A stretch of DNA of 63,835 nt, the filler included, from Perkinsus chesapeaki ATCC PRA-425 (lineage: Eukaryota; Protista; Perkinsozoa), in the NCBI GenBank assembly GCA_013115145.1. It is 13 parts of 13 records of this genome, joined end to end, with 100 filler letters (N's around TTAATTAATTAA, not from the genome) between each part and the next. Parts side by side here need not be neighbours in the genome. Positions count along the whole stretch, not along the records: positions 1 to 5,579 come from JAAPAO010001145.1; positions 5,680 to 9,067 come from JAAPAO010001417.1; positions 9,168 to 17,692 come from JAAPAO010000969.1; 10 more parts are not named here. One strand, written 5' to 3'. Positions 1 to 9,727 of this stretch are shown one piece after another; within the stretch, counting starts at the first letter, position 1, and every line of letters starts with the position of its first letter. A program made the translations under genes and the position numbers. The notes under the pieces were generated by a model. The model made no database searches, was not told the origin of the DNA, and saw nothing but the letters and a program-made list of their open reading frames with translations.

Positions 1-73
1 TTCTCACATATCTTTAGCTGAGCTATGTAAGCTTAGTACGCTATAGTATATACGTCAAAGTAGACATAAGTAT

Positions 74-223
74 TGTAATGGTTGAACTCAATAAATAGAC
101 TCTTAGGAGAGTTTTGTTTTTATACCCTAATACGGGTCAACAATGATAAGCTACGCTAAGCTTAATGATCGATATGTACAGTAGACATAGCGCAGAAATA
201 ACACAATATCTGTCTCCCTTACA
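74..223 (-). repeat. 3' LTR (150 bp)
   Basis: Identical to 4775-4924 except one base (a77 vs g4778); follows the PPT on the minus strand. Confidence 0.97.
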
Positions 224-233
224 TGCCCCCCTC
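224..233 (-). promoter_or_regulatory. Polypurine tract (PPT)
   Basis: Minus strand reads GAGGGGGGCA directly before the TGT start of the 3' LTR. Confidence 0.85.
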
Positions 234-240
234 AAGGAAG

Positions 241-3200
241 TCAGGGATAGGCAGAAGGGTCGAATCTCTCTGGTAGTCTCCTAGGACGAGATGAACGACG
301 CAGGACAGGGTGACTCTCGTCCAGACTATCGAGACTACAGAAACTAACACGATCAGTAAGGTTAGATGAAGAGTCACTAGAAGTACTAGGACTATCATCA
401 ACACAATCATCAAACTGTATACATGGAACATCCGAAGAATATAAACAAGTACCATCAGAAGCATTCAGTTTGTATAATGGAGAATCATCATCATTTGAGT
501 CGAAATTGGGGCGAAGTAGACGTAACTGTGATGGATGAGCTACTTGCGCCTGATTCGTGTCAAGAGAAGTAACTTGCACACGTGAAGGCGAAATAATTTG
601 TGATACAACATAATAGTCATTCCCATAGATTGGGCTTGTCTGAGGGAAGGCAGAATACTTGACACGTTTCAGAACCAAATCACCAATTGCAAAACTTGGT
701 TGCATAGTGTCACCAGAAGCGTCAACATGTTGCTTCACGGTTTCTTTCACCGATCTCCATACAAAAGAATTACCAAAGAAGATGGCAGCTGGACTTAGTT
801 GATGATATGAATGAGTAAGAGAATTATGTACATGGACTGCACGAGCTAACCAATATGAAACCATATGATGAGTCACCGGTTCTTGATCATGATGTTGATG
901 TTGTAGTTGTAGACATAGTATAGATTGTCGTAGTTGTCGATGAAAACGCTCAATAATACCATTACTCTCGGGCTTATTGCTAATTGAGAATCTCTGCACG
1001 ATATTCCGGCTGTGGAAGAACTGTTGCATACGAGCAGATCGGAACACAGCTGAATTATCGCAGTAAACTTCCTCCGGTAGAGGGTACAGTGAGAAGTATA
1101 TGTTGAAAACCTTCAGAACGCTATCCGTCGTTTCTCCCCCTCGAAGTTCGAAGGCGAAGGCGTAGCGGGAAAAACCATCCATGATAGTGAGTACTGGACC
1201 AAGGAGGGAATGTGGATGCGTAACGTCAAAGTAAAGGCGTTGCAAAGGCCTCTCCAGAGAAGAAGAGAGTGAGCCACCATGGCGATGATGTTTACCAGTC
1301 TTGGGTTTTGCTTGTAGACATATCTTACAAGAACCAACATAATCACAAATATCCTTGTCCATAGAAGGCCAATAGTAGTGTTTAACCAATTCTTGCTTGA
1401 GCTTAGGGACTCCTGCATGGTTAAATTCTTGATGAATATCAGCTATCAAGTGACCACGCTCAGATCTTGGAGGAATAGGAACCGAGACTGCATGACCAAA
1501 ATGTAAAGGAATATAGGACCGATAAATTATCCCATCTCTAGCTGATAATTGTGGATAGCATCGACGATATTGTTGAGGTACATCTGAAGAAAGAGGCTTG
1601 GAATCTAGAAGCAACTGTACCAATTTTTGTAAGTCTTGATCGTGCTCATAATATGTAGAATCTGGGCGTGTAGAGCGCAAATTAGATATAGCACCAATAC
1701 ATTGTAAGGCCGGTTTGGAGACAACTAAATCCAGGGGTAGAGTTGGTATCCATGACTGCCGGGAAAGATAATCAGCACGAGCATTATCTTCAGATGGAAG
1801 AAGCGTCAGTTCGAACTTGATGTTATTGTCATTAAGGTACTCAACGTGCTCTCTAATAGCATTAAGAAGGCGATTTATCGCTTGCCGTTCGACAGTTTTG
1901 GTCTTGATAGTTAGCGGGGAACCTCGGCACCAACGATAAACAGTACTGCTATCCACATAAGCCTTTACTGATGACATGGGGAGACCACGTTCTTCATGCC
2001 ATAATACAATAGAACTTAAGCCTTCGGCGAGGCTTCGAGCTTCCTTCCTATTGATATGCCATACCGATTCACGTTGAGACCATGTTCGGGAGACTTCTTC
2101 TAGTGGAACATTACCGACCATGATAGAGTATGCTCCAGCAATAGATGATGCATCGGAGTGCAGTTGAATGTCAGTACTTGAGAAGGAGGCGTCATGAATA
2201 CAAGTACCTTTGGGAATAAAAGACTCCCATGAACGGATAAGAGCTTGTAGATGAGACAAAACACTGGGGTCGGTAATGACCGTGTCCCATTTTGGCATCT
2301 TACCGGCAAAGGAGCGTAAAGAGTCACAGAGGCTACGGCATTCTGGATGAAGTTTCAACAAGTCCGAGAAATGCCCAGCAATTGAATAGACCATGCGCTT
2401 GGTGAGGTGGTTCACATCATAGTCGGGAATAGATTTGACTTGGCATCTCAGTTGTAGACCACCATCTTCACTGAGGCGTATCAGATAGCCAAGATGTTGC
2501 ACCCATGGAGTAGGACCATCTGCTTGGTGTTGAAGTAGGGACCGTTTTGAAGAAGGAAAATCCCAACCGAGGATGCGGGCGAAGGCGGAAAGGTCATCGG
2601 CATATTGAGAAAGGTGCTGACCTACAAGAGAGAGATCATCATAATACCAAACGTGATATCTAACTGAAGAGCTGGACGGACATTGCTGAAGTACTTCATC
2701 AAAGTGATGGGTTGCTTCCAACAAAACCTCTGGCCCGCAATTGATACCAAACAGCATTCGTTGGCAAGAATACACATGGCCAGCTATTAGTACAATTATG
2801 GGTTGTACAGTTCGAAATCTATAATAACATTTCGAAAGATCGAGCAGCATTATCTCGTCTCCAAATTGAAAACGAGAGCGAAGACGATTAAGAACTTCAG
2901 TAGTTGAAGGACCCGAGTAACTTGATGGGATATCAAGTGAGCGGTTAAACGATCTTAGATCTATTACTGGCCGTACAGGCGTGCTATGGCCCGGTTGCTT
3001 CACTGGGAAGCAGATAGCAGTAGGGGCGTCTGGTGGTATATCATCAGGTTTGATCTCTGTCCACCATCCTTTAGACTGGTAGGAAGATATCTCGGACCAG
3101 AATAGGGCCTTCTCGTTGTCGGAGAGTAAGTCCAGAAGGTTCTGCGAGTAGTCAACAGGCTTGGTGGTATTAATCATTCCATCATCTTCTTGCCAACGAA

Positions 3201-3834
3201 TTTCACATGTGACTTCTTGTTCAGGGGTGTCCTTAACTTCATTTGGGCGTAGGGGACGTACTCGAAATTCATAACCAGAACCAGATTTTGATGACAAGGG
3301 CCGCCAAGGACAGATAAGTTTCTTAGCTTTATCAGAAAGCGTCGATGGAGATATAGAAGGAGTGCTGACTGCTGCTACCGAAGGAGAATGTATAGTAAAA
3401 GAACCTTGATGATTAGGAAAAGTAAGTTGACCACCTTGGGGATGTTGATACCCGAGTTGAAGATTAGCCGAATTTGCCGAGAGAAAGTCGTGACCAAGAA
3501 TACAAGTTGGAAGATCCCCTAGACCCGCAATGTAGAAAGAGTGACTGAATTGATGTGATGGATCTTCCCGTAGATGGAACTGTAGTGAGACCTTAGACTG
3601 AACATAGAGAGTAGACTGTGGCGTTGAGAACCTTAGTCGTTGAGGGAGCTGGTGAATGAAGGCGTTGATATTAAGACGAGCAAGGAATGGCTCGGAAATA
3701 AAAGAAGCCGAAGCACCTGTATCTATCAGAGCTCGACAACTTACCGGATTTAGTCTTAAACTTTTGGATCCGTCTAAGACTGTTGTGCGGACGACGCACC
3801 GGTAAATTCCGACGCCCTCTTCCCGTTTGGGTGA
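241..3834 (-). CDS. pol: pol polyprotein: aspartic protease, reverse transcriptase, RNase H, integrase (-1 frame relative to gag)
   Basis: The listed ORF 241-3297 stays open upstream to 3834. It contains protease LIDTGAS...ILGHDFL, RT LLDLSK...MLFG...YYDD, RNase H SDAS...INRKE...YVDS...ADYLSR, and integrase HHCC (HQEFNH...CKIC) with D..D..E (FDVT, YCDN, NGIIER). Confidence 0.95.
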   Translation of the reverse strand, partial: SPKREEGVGIYRCVVRTTVLDGSKSLRLNPVSCRALIDTGASASFISEPFLARLNINAFIHQLPQRLRFSTPQSTLYVQSKVSLQFHLREDPSHQFSHSFYIAGLGDLPTCILGHDFLSANSANLQLGYQHPQGGQLTFPNHQGSFTIHSPSVAAVSTPSISPSTLSDKAKKLICPWRPLSSKSGSGYEFRVRPLRPNEVKDTPEQEVTCEIRWQEDDGMINTTKPVDYSQNLLDLLSDNEKALFWSEISSYQSKGWWTEIKPDDIPPDAPTAICFPVKQPGHSTPVRPVIDLRSFNRSLDIPSSYSGPSTTEVLNRLRSRFQFGDEIMLLDLSKCYYRFRTVQPIIVLIAGHVYSCQRMLFGINCGPEVLLEATHHFDEVLQQCPSSSSVRYHVWYYDDLSLVGQHLSQYADDLSAFARILGWDFPSSKRSLLQHQADGPTPWVQHLGYLIRLSEDGGLQLRCQVKSIPDYDVNHLTKRMVYSIAGHFSDLLKLHPECRSLCDSLRSFAGKMPKWDTVITDPSVLSHLQALIRSWESFIPKGTCIHDASFSSTDIQLHSDASSIAGAYSIMVGNVPLEEVSRTWSQRESVWHINRKEARSLAEGLSSIVLWHEERGLPMSSVKAYVDSSTVYRWCRGSPLTIKTKTVERQAINRLLNAIREHVEYLNDNNIKFELTLLPSEDNARADYLSRQSWIPTLPLDLVVSKPALQCIGAISNLRSTRPDSTYYEHDQDLQKLVQLLLDSKPLSSDVPQQYRRCYPQLSARDGIIYRSYIPLHFGHAVSVPIPPRSERGHLIADIHQEFNHAGVPKLKQELVKHYYWPSMDKDICDYVGSCKICLQAKPKTGKHHRHGGSLSSSLERPLQRLYFDVTHPHSLLGPVLTIMDGFSRYAFAFELRGGETTDSVLKVFNIYFSLYPLPEEVYCDNSAVFRSARMQQFFHSRNIVQRFSISNKPESNGIIERFHRQLRQSILCLQLQHQHHDQEPVTHHMVSYWLARAVHVHNSLTHSYHQLSPAAIFFGNSFVWRSVKETVKQHVDASGDTMQPSFAIGDLVLKRVKYSAFPQTSPIYGNDYYVVSQIISPSRVQVTSLDTNQAQVAHPSQLRLLRPNFDSNDDDSPLYKLNASDGTCLYSSDVPCIQFDDCVDDSPSTSSDSSSNLTDRVSFCSLDSLDESHPVLRRSSRPRRLPERFDPSAYP

Positions 3835-4757
3835 TCAAGCATATTATTGTCAATACCAGACATATTACCACCATTACCAGCTTCACGTTCACTAGCAAGT
3901 CGAGCCACAGCTTTACATTGTGAAGTCCAATGGGTATCCGTCTTGTGATAGGTGCACCACTTTTTGCCACCACCTTTGCCTTTGCCTGGGCGTCGATGGT
4001 AGGTTCTATTGAAACCATACGAACGATCTGGTTCGTTGGTAAGAGCATCTGTCAGAGCAGCAACTTGTTGTCGAAGTTCATCAATCTCCTCTTGCTCATC
4101 GGTCAGAGATAAAGGCGCAACCGTCGAGTCAACCGTCTTGAAAGGATCTCTATTAGAGTCGTAGGATTGGGTCGCAAGTTCTATGCGAGCTTGTTCAGCC
4201 AAATCTTCGACCTTGGTGAACTTCATGACACGAAGCCTAGAAGCGATATCTGGCGGAAGGGCATCGAGTACCTTGAGAATCATATCCCGGTGGTAGCTGT
4301 CAGAAGTGTCGGTCTTGATGAGGGTACTAAAGGAAGGAAAATCCTTAATGGGTTTTGTTAGATCAGGGGCGACGAAGTGCGACTCGGAGTACAATTTATT
4401 CAACTCGTAGAGGAGCGTGTCGACCGATTCATCTCGTTGAAGAGAACGATCACGAAGAGTAGCTGCAGCTTCATAAGGGGGTGTGATGAGTCGACATAAT
4501 AAGGCCACCCGGACAGCATTATATGACGACTGAATCATTGAGTCCAGAGAAAGATAAACCTGCAAAGCACGACCGACCAGACAAGTTGAAAGCTTAAAAC
4601 AAGCCTTTTCCTCGTCCCAACCGTTCGCCTTTGCGCATAGACCATATCGAATCAAAAATTCGACTATAGACTCAGAAGGCTTCCCTCCAAAAGGTGGAGG
4701 CAAGCTAGTATGACCAGACTGTGTAGAGGAAGAATCCGTTACCGAAGGGCTTGTCAT
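3774..4757 (-). CDS. gag: gag
   Basis: 327-aa ORF with a retrotransposon capsid-like N-terminus (FGGKPSESIVEFL...ANGW...L.G.A...Y) and a Zn-knuckle-like WCTYHKTDTHWTSQC. Confidence 0.9.
   Translation of the reverse strand: MTSPSVTDSSSTQSGHTSLPPPFGGKPSESIVEFLIRYGLCAKANGWDEEKACFKLSTCLVGRALQVYLSLDSMIQSSYNAVRVALLCRLITPPYEAAATLRDRSLQRDESVDTLLYELNKLYSESHFVAPDLTKPIKDFPSFSTLIKTDTSDSYHRDMILKVLDALPPDIASRLRVMKFTKVEDLAEQARIELATQSYDSNRDPFKTVDSTVAPLSLTDEQEEIDELRQQVAALTDALTNEPDRSYGFNRTYHRRPGKGKGGGKKWCTYHKTDTHWTSQCKAVARLASEREAGNGGNMSGIDNNMLDHPNGKRASEFTGASSAQQS
3825..3831 (-). promoter_or_regulatory. Candidate -1 ribosomal frameshift slippery site C CCA AAC
   Basis: X XXY YYZ heptamer in the gag frame, just after the last upstream stop of the pol (-1) frame, followed by the hairpin GCGTCGG-AATTTA-CCGGTGC. 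Confidence 0.75.
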
Positions 4758-4759
4758 AA

Positions 4760-4773
4760 GGGTCTGGGCACCA
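4760..4773 (-). promoter_or_regulatory. Primer-binding site (PBS)
   Basis: TGGTGCCCAGACCC starts 1 nt after the 5' LTR; complementary to a tRNA ending ...UCUGGGCA-CCA (cognate tRNA not identified). Confidence 0.75.
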
Positions 4774-4774
4774 C

Positions 4775-4924
4775 TGTGATGGTTGAACTCAATAAATAGA
4801 CTCTTAGGAGAGTTTTGTTTTTATACCCTAATACGGGTCAACAATGATAAGCTACGCTAAGCTTAATGATCGATATGTACAGTAGACATAGCGCAGAAAT
4901 AACACAATATCTGTCTCCCTTACA
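4775..4924 (-). repeat. 5' LTR (150 bp)
   Basis: Direct repeat of 74-223. Confidence 0.97.
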
Positions 4925-5579
4925 GTATAGTTGCTTAATAGTTACTTCATAGTTATTCATAGTTCTTTTTAGAGTCCTAAGTGTAGGTTCTCTAGTTCTA
5001 AGTATTGGTTAAGTTCCTTTGTTGGTTGCATTACTAACTAAGGCCTTATCTGGTATTATTTAAGAAGTTATTGAGTTATATCAGTTGGCGCGTGATTGGT
5101 TCACACACACAAACTCCTTTTTATAAGGCTTATTAATATATTCTTGCAGGGTGGCTGAAAATGGAAAGAATGAACCTTTCCACTCTTTCCGCGAAGCAAG
5201 CTTTCCGTCGGAAAGCTTGCTCGAGGAAAAAATGGAAAAAAACGGAAAGAATGGCGAAAACGCGAGTTTTTAAGGCTTTTCGGGCGCTTTTCAGCAATTT
5301 CACGTTGCCTCAGACGATAGATTGCGGCCCATGATTATTGGCTTGAAATAATAGGAAGAGTAGCGGTGTAGAACTTCGAGATGTCGATCAGCCCGGGTAT
5401 AATAGATCGAGCCGGCGAGTGCAAGAATCGATTACTTAGGCGCGCGCAGAGGCGCTACGACTACGGACAATTCCTCATCTGAGTTGGCCGGTGACCGAGA
5501 GGGCATTCGGAACCTATCAGTCCGTCTAATCGGAGGTCGCAAGATTCGTGCAAGTCCCGAACAGAACCGCCCGAGACTC

Positions 5580-5679
5580 NNNNNNNNNNNNNNNNNNNNN
5601 NNNNNNNNNNNNNNNNNNNNNNNTTAATTAATTAANNNNNNNNNNNNNNNNNNNNNNNNNNNNNNNNNNNNNNNNNNNN
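5580..5679. other. Artificial contig linker
   Basis: N44-TTAATTAATTAA-N44 (stop codons in all six frames). Confidence 0.98.
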
Positions 5680-5752
5680 GAAATTGAAATTTCATGAAAT
5701 TTCATGATGAAATTTCAACGCCTCCGATGAAATTTCATTTCGGAACACCCTA
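5680..5752. repeat. Probable DNA-transposon terminus with subterminal palindromic repeats
   Basis: Four copies of the palindrome TGAAATTTCA, ending in GGAACACCCTA (reverse complement TAGGGTGTTCC...). Confidence 0.45.
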
Positions 5753-8213
5753 ATCACAACTTTCAGTTGTGAAACTCGGCGATTGTTAGCAAGTTGTCAA
5801 CTAAAAGCGAATCGGATGCACTGCATCCAGCACAGTGGACTAACATGGCTTAACGTTCCAGTCCGGCTTAAACTTCCGGCCCAGCTTACTGCAAAGAGAC
5901 AATCGAGTACAGTACAGCCGATCAGCACATTTAACTGTTGAGATTCAGCACGAGATAGTGGAAGATACTAAAAGATATGACATCTAAAATATCTAATAGA
6001 TTATTGGATCTTTCTGTGTGCTCTTTTGTTCGTTTTTTTCCTTGATCTTTTGTTTCTAGTGCGCTTTACCTTGTGAAGTGTTGTTATAGAGCCCTTGTAA
6101 TAGACTTTATATTTCGGTATAATAGACTATGGTCGAGAGAAGGTGCAAGTCACGACTCGTACAGTTGCACAGTGTTACACCGTGTAACACGGTGCGAAGC
6201 GTAACTGTACGACGGTCCTACTAGGACCCAACACTGTATGTGTTGCAACTTCACGGATAATGCTACAGGATATAGCATCCCACGATCTTACACTCTACGA
6301 CAGTACTGAATTACGAACCGTGGTGTACGGACTCTTCTCTTTCTAGGCAGCTGTGGAATCAACTGTGGAGAACGATATCGCCTTGTGTTGGCGGACGATA
6401 CAGATCTCAATCATGCTATTAGTGACGAATAATTCGTCACCAGTATGGCTCAGCTGAACCTTTCGTCCGAGCCTTCAGCCGCTAAGTCCAGCTTGAAGGC
6501 TCTCGTCGCCGCCGCTCGGCTATTAGGCTAAAAGTTTTAGTAAAAGTTTATCATAGTTCTTCTGATTGTGACGATTCATCACTATTGAGCGCGCTTATGA
6601 CCAATGAGACCTCGCTTGAGGCCTACTTTGGTAACGATAATTCGGGTTCGGCCGACCTGGATGAGTTTGAAGGCACGCTCAGCACCACATAATATGGCGC
6701 TGCGAAGTTGAGCAGGAACATGAGGCTGGAGAAGGTAGCCAAGTTACTGCGACGTGCCGAGAGATGGCGCTCTCACCCTTGCGGTACCTGGTTCAGCCAG
6801 GCTTGCTGCACGAGGGCGATCTGACCTTTCACACTGTGATATTCACACCCTTCCTTATGTTGAGTGTCAGAAAGAACTTCCAATCCAAGGCTTATTAAGG
6901 GCGCAGAAAACCCTAACGTATGCGTGCAACTGGGTAGGCATGACATAGCTAATAGCAAACTGTGCAACTACAAAGGGCAGTCACTGCCCGGCAGTGAGCA
7001 AATAACCATTCTCAGCTACCTACACTGACTAAGCTATACTGAAATCCTAGCGCAGCTAATCTCAAACTTGTGCACATAGACTCTATGTCATAGAGTGACA
7101 TAGCCTATGCTAATAAATAGACACTATCCACTTTCTTACATTTTCGACTGCCATTTCTTACACTTGCAATTCGCGGAGCCGTTCCGCGCCATGCTCCTAA
7201 AATTTTCGCGCCTGGCGAACGCCCACCTTTTCCTTAGTCTCTATTGAGATGAAACCTGTGATCTCGCGATAGTTGAACATGCACTCTTAGATCTATGCCA
7301 CATACTTTAGGGGAGGTATTGCCATCAACAGTTACGAAGTGGAACTACCTACGCTGAAGTAGGCTACGTATTCACGTTCATGTTCTCAGGAGGGGTTTTG
7401 TTGGATCCGCTCCATCACATTTACAGCACGCGGGTCAAGGGTGTTGAATCAATATACGGGCCTACAGTAGGTCGATACTATTTACCAGATACGACATAGG
7501 TAGGCCTACGTACGCCAGGTCTGATGTAGACTAGGCCTACGTAGACCCAAAATACAATGCAAAATACAATTGAACGTAGTCTCCAAGGGACCCAGAGAAA
7601 GGTCAGGAGTCCAAACAGGTCACCCGTGATCTTTGCGAAAACCGAGTTTCTTCACCAATCAAACCTGCCACTTATGTAAAGCTCGGTAATATCCATTAAT
7701 ATTTGCTGCGCTCTACGCAGCATCCAGACAGAATTTGTGTGCCCGTCATCCTCGCGTACGGGTTGATGGTGTACCGATTTTGTACGCACTTTAGATCTCC
7801 GCGTAACGCGCTGTCTCCCACGAGCAAGGTGTCACGCCATTGTTCATTGTATGTTACCATTTGTATATCCGATTACCTCTACTATTCGACCTTCATATGG
7901 CATCTGTCAGCGACTATGACTTGACTGCTGAAGCATTCATGAACCTTATAGTACGTATCACTGGCAGAGAGAATTGTTCCAGAGTTACGTGGGAATCTCA
8001 CGGTGAGATATGGTCAGCATTCTGAGTGACTTATTTAACTATCCTCAATGTATTGCGTTTAGTTACACATGTACCATGTGACATGTTCGACTTTATGCCT
8101 CAGATTGTATATCAGGTTGTTGTTGTAGCGCCTCAAAATTGATACAATGTTAGATATCAAAACTAGAGTCATTTTTCGCCTTCTTTCCCTTGCGTCACTC
8201 CGTTGTTGCCTAG

Positions 8214-9020
8214 GAATGCCGTCTCTGGTATTTGATCAGCGCATCGACCATTTCGGTGGTGAAGGTGAGCACACACAGAACGAGCCCGCAAATCTTCGGC
8301 ATTGACTTCATTATCCATCTGTTATTACAGGTACATTCAAGCAACGATATCTGTACACCACCGAATTTGTGAAGAAGCAAAAACCTCAAGTAAATGAGTA
8401 TAAACTGTCTAATATTGGTCTCGTGCTACAATACCTTCATGCCAATAAATAGTGTGCATGCTTTTTAGCTGGTTATAATCGACGTGAGAGGCGAAGTTGA
8501 TCTGAAAGAGATGCACGACTTCCCTATGAATGTGTTCGACCTTGGTTTCCGCACAGAAAGCATTCTGGCTGCCCTTGAACATAGGTAGGATAATCCTACC
8601 TATGTTCAAGGAAATCCTACTAGGATTTCACAGACTCCGGTGAACCCCGACCGAGCGGTCTCTGAGTTCAGCTCAGTGAGTTGGCGACTAATACCTGGTG
8701 GTAGATTCTACGGGCAATCGTTTCCATCGACCTCCCCAACAACCAACGATCTTCTTAAATTTCTCACGGTGAAGCAGGCAATAGCCGATCTGGTATCCTT
8801 CCGAGAGTATCTCATTAAGACGTATAACCTCACCGGAGTCAAGTTTATCTTGATTGGTTGCAGCTACGCCGGGGTAATCCCCCGTAATTGTGTTATCAAC
8901 TTGTCAATACATGTTCTCGTTTTAGAGCCTCGCAGCCTGGGCCCGAGTTCAGCACCCTGATCTGTTCTTGGGAGCAGTCGCTAGCTGTCCCGTCCTAGAT
9001 GTCAAATATGAATTCGTTGG
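8214..9020 (+). CDS. Serine peptidase family S28 (Pro-X carboxypeptidase / thymus-specific serine protease-like), spliced, partial
   Basis: Exons translate to FDQRIDHF, TFKQRY, LEHR|FYGQSFP (intron 8585-8704), LTVKQAIADL, nucleophile motif GCSYAG and LAAWARVQHPDLFLGAVAS. The 5' start is uncertain and the 3' end is cut by the linker. Confidence 0.9.
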
Positions 9021-9067
9021 GTAAGCCCAACATTCATCGCACAACATACAGTCTCGGAAACTGAGTC

Positions 9068-9167
9068 NNNNNNNNNNNNNNNNNNNNNNNNNNNNNNNNN
9101 NNNNNNNNNNNTTAATTAATTAANNNNNNNNNNNNNNNNNNNNNNNNNNNNNNNNNNNNNNNNNNNN
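9068..9167. other. Artificial contig linker
   Basis: N44-TTAATTAATTAA-N44. Confidence 0.98.
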
Positions 9168-9727
9168 GCGTAATGGAGCTCCAGCTGGATTTGAGGCGGG
9201 CTCAAAAACCCTTGAGGAGGGGTTGGTAGCCGATGAATAACCGTAACAAGGCGTTGCGCGAGGAATACAGCTACCGGGGCGGCGAATTCAGCTGTATGTC
9301 CATCACGCTCAGCACAATATTTAGTCCATGCTATAACCATGTGGCTGGAAGCAACGTAGTCCTCCGCAGTTGATGGCGGAGAAGAAGCAGAGTCGACCGG
9401 GGTAGCAGCCACGATACCATTTGCAACAAGATGAGTTAGGGCAGTACTTTTAGCAATGAGGTAGGCCATACGGCTCGCTACAACATGTTGGGACAGTAGA
9501 CCAGTTAAGATGTCGGTGAGAACCGCGTCGAAGTCTTGACCATCGGCTGACGTGAATCGTAATTGAGCTTGTAGGGCAGGGGGAACATGTCCCGGGAACA
9601 AAGCAGGTACACTGTCGTAGAGCAGGCGACAGTGCCGAAGGGGCGGACCGGAGGATTGCCCGGGTTCTCCACCACTTTGTAGGGGAACTGTAGAACCAAA
9701 CATAGGGTATGATAATGTGGGTAACAC
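9168..9727 (-). CDS. Unassigned ORF running off the segment end (possibly retroelement gag-like)
   Basis: About 186 open codons up to the linker; no diagnostic motif recognised. Confidence 0.3.

Larger units (their letters stand above)
74..4924 (-). mobile_element. Full-length LTR retrotransposon (Ty3/Gypsy-type domain order gag, PR-RT-RH-IN), apparently intact
   Basis: Two 150-bp direct repeats (74-223, 4775-4924) with TGT...ACA ends that differ at one base. 4-bp TSD GTAT at 70-73 and 4925-4928. PBS, PPT and uninterrupted gag and pol frames lie between them. Confidence 0.97.

Noticed and set aside
1-73. Left flank resembling the LTR (AGCTA, TAAGCTTA, AGTAGACATA), suggesting nested insertion into a related LTR
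   Set aside because: Only short AT-rich matches in 73 bp; cannot be separated from chance.
219-464. 81-aa hydrophobic ORF and similar short ORFs overlapping pol, ORF1 or RT
   Set aside because: Alternate-frame or antisense shadows of genuine coding regions, with no motifs.
5148-5752. One DNA transposon spanning the first linker (AGGGTGGCTGAAA ... CGGAACACCCT)
   Set aside because: The ends are only loosely similar, there is no TSD, and the linker gives no evidence of adjacency.
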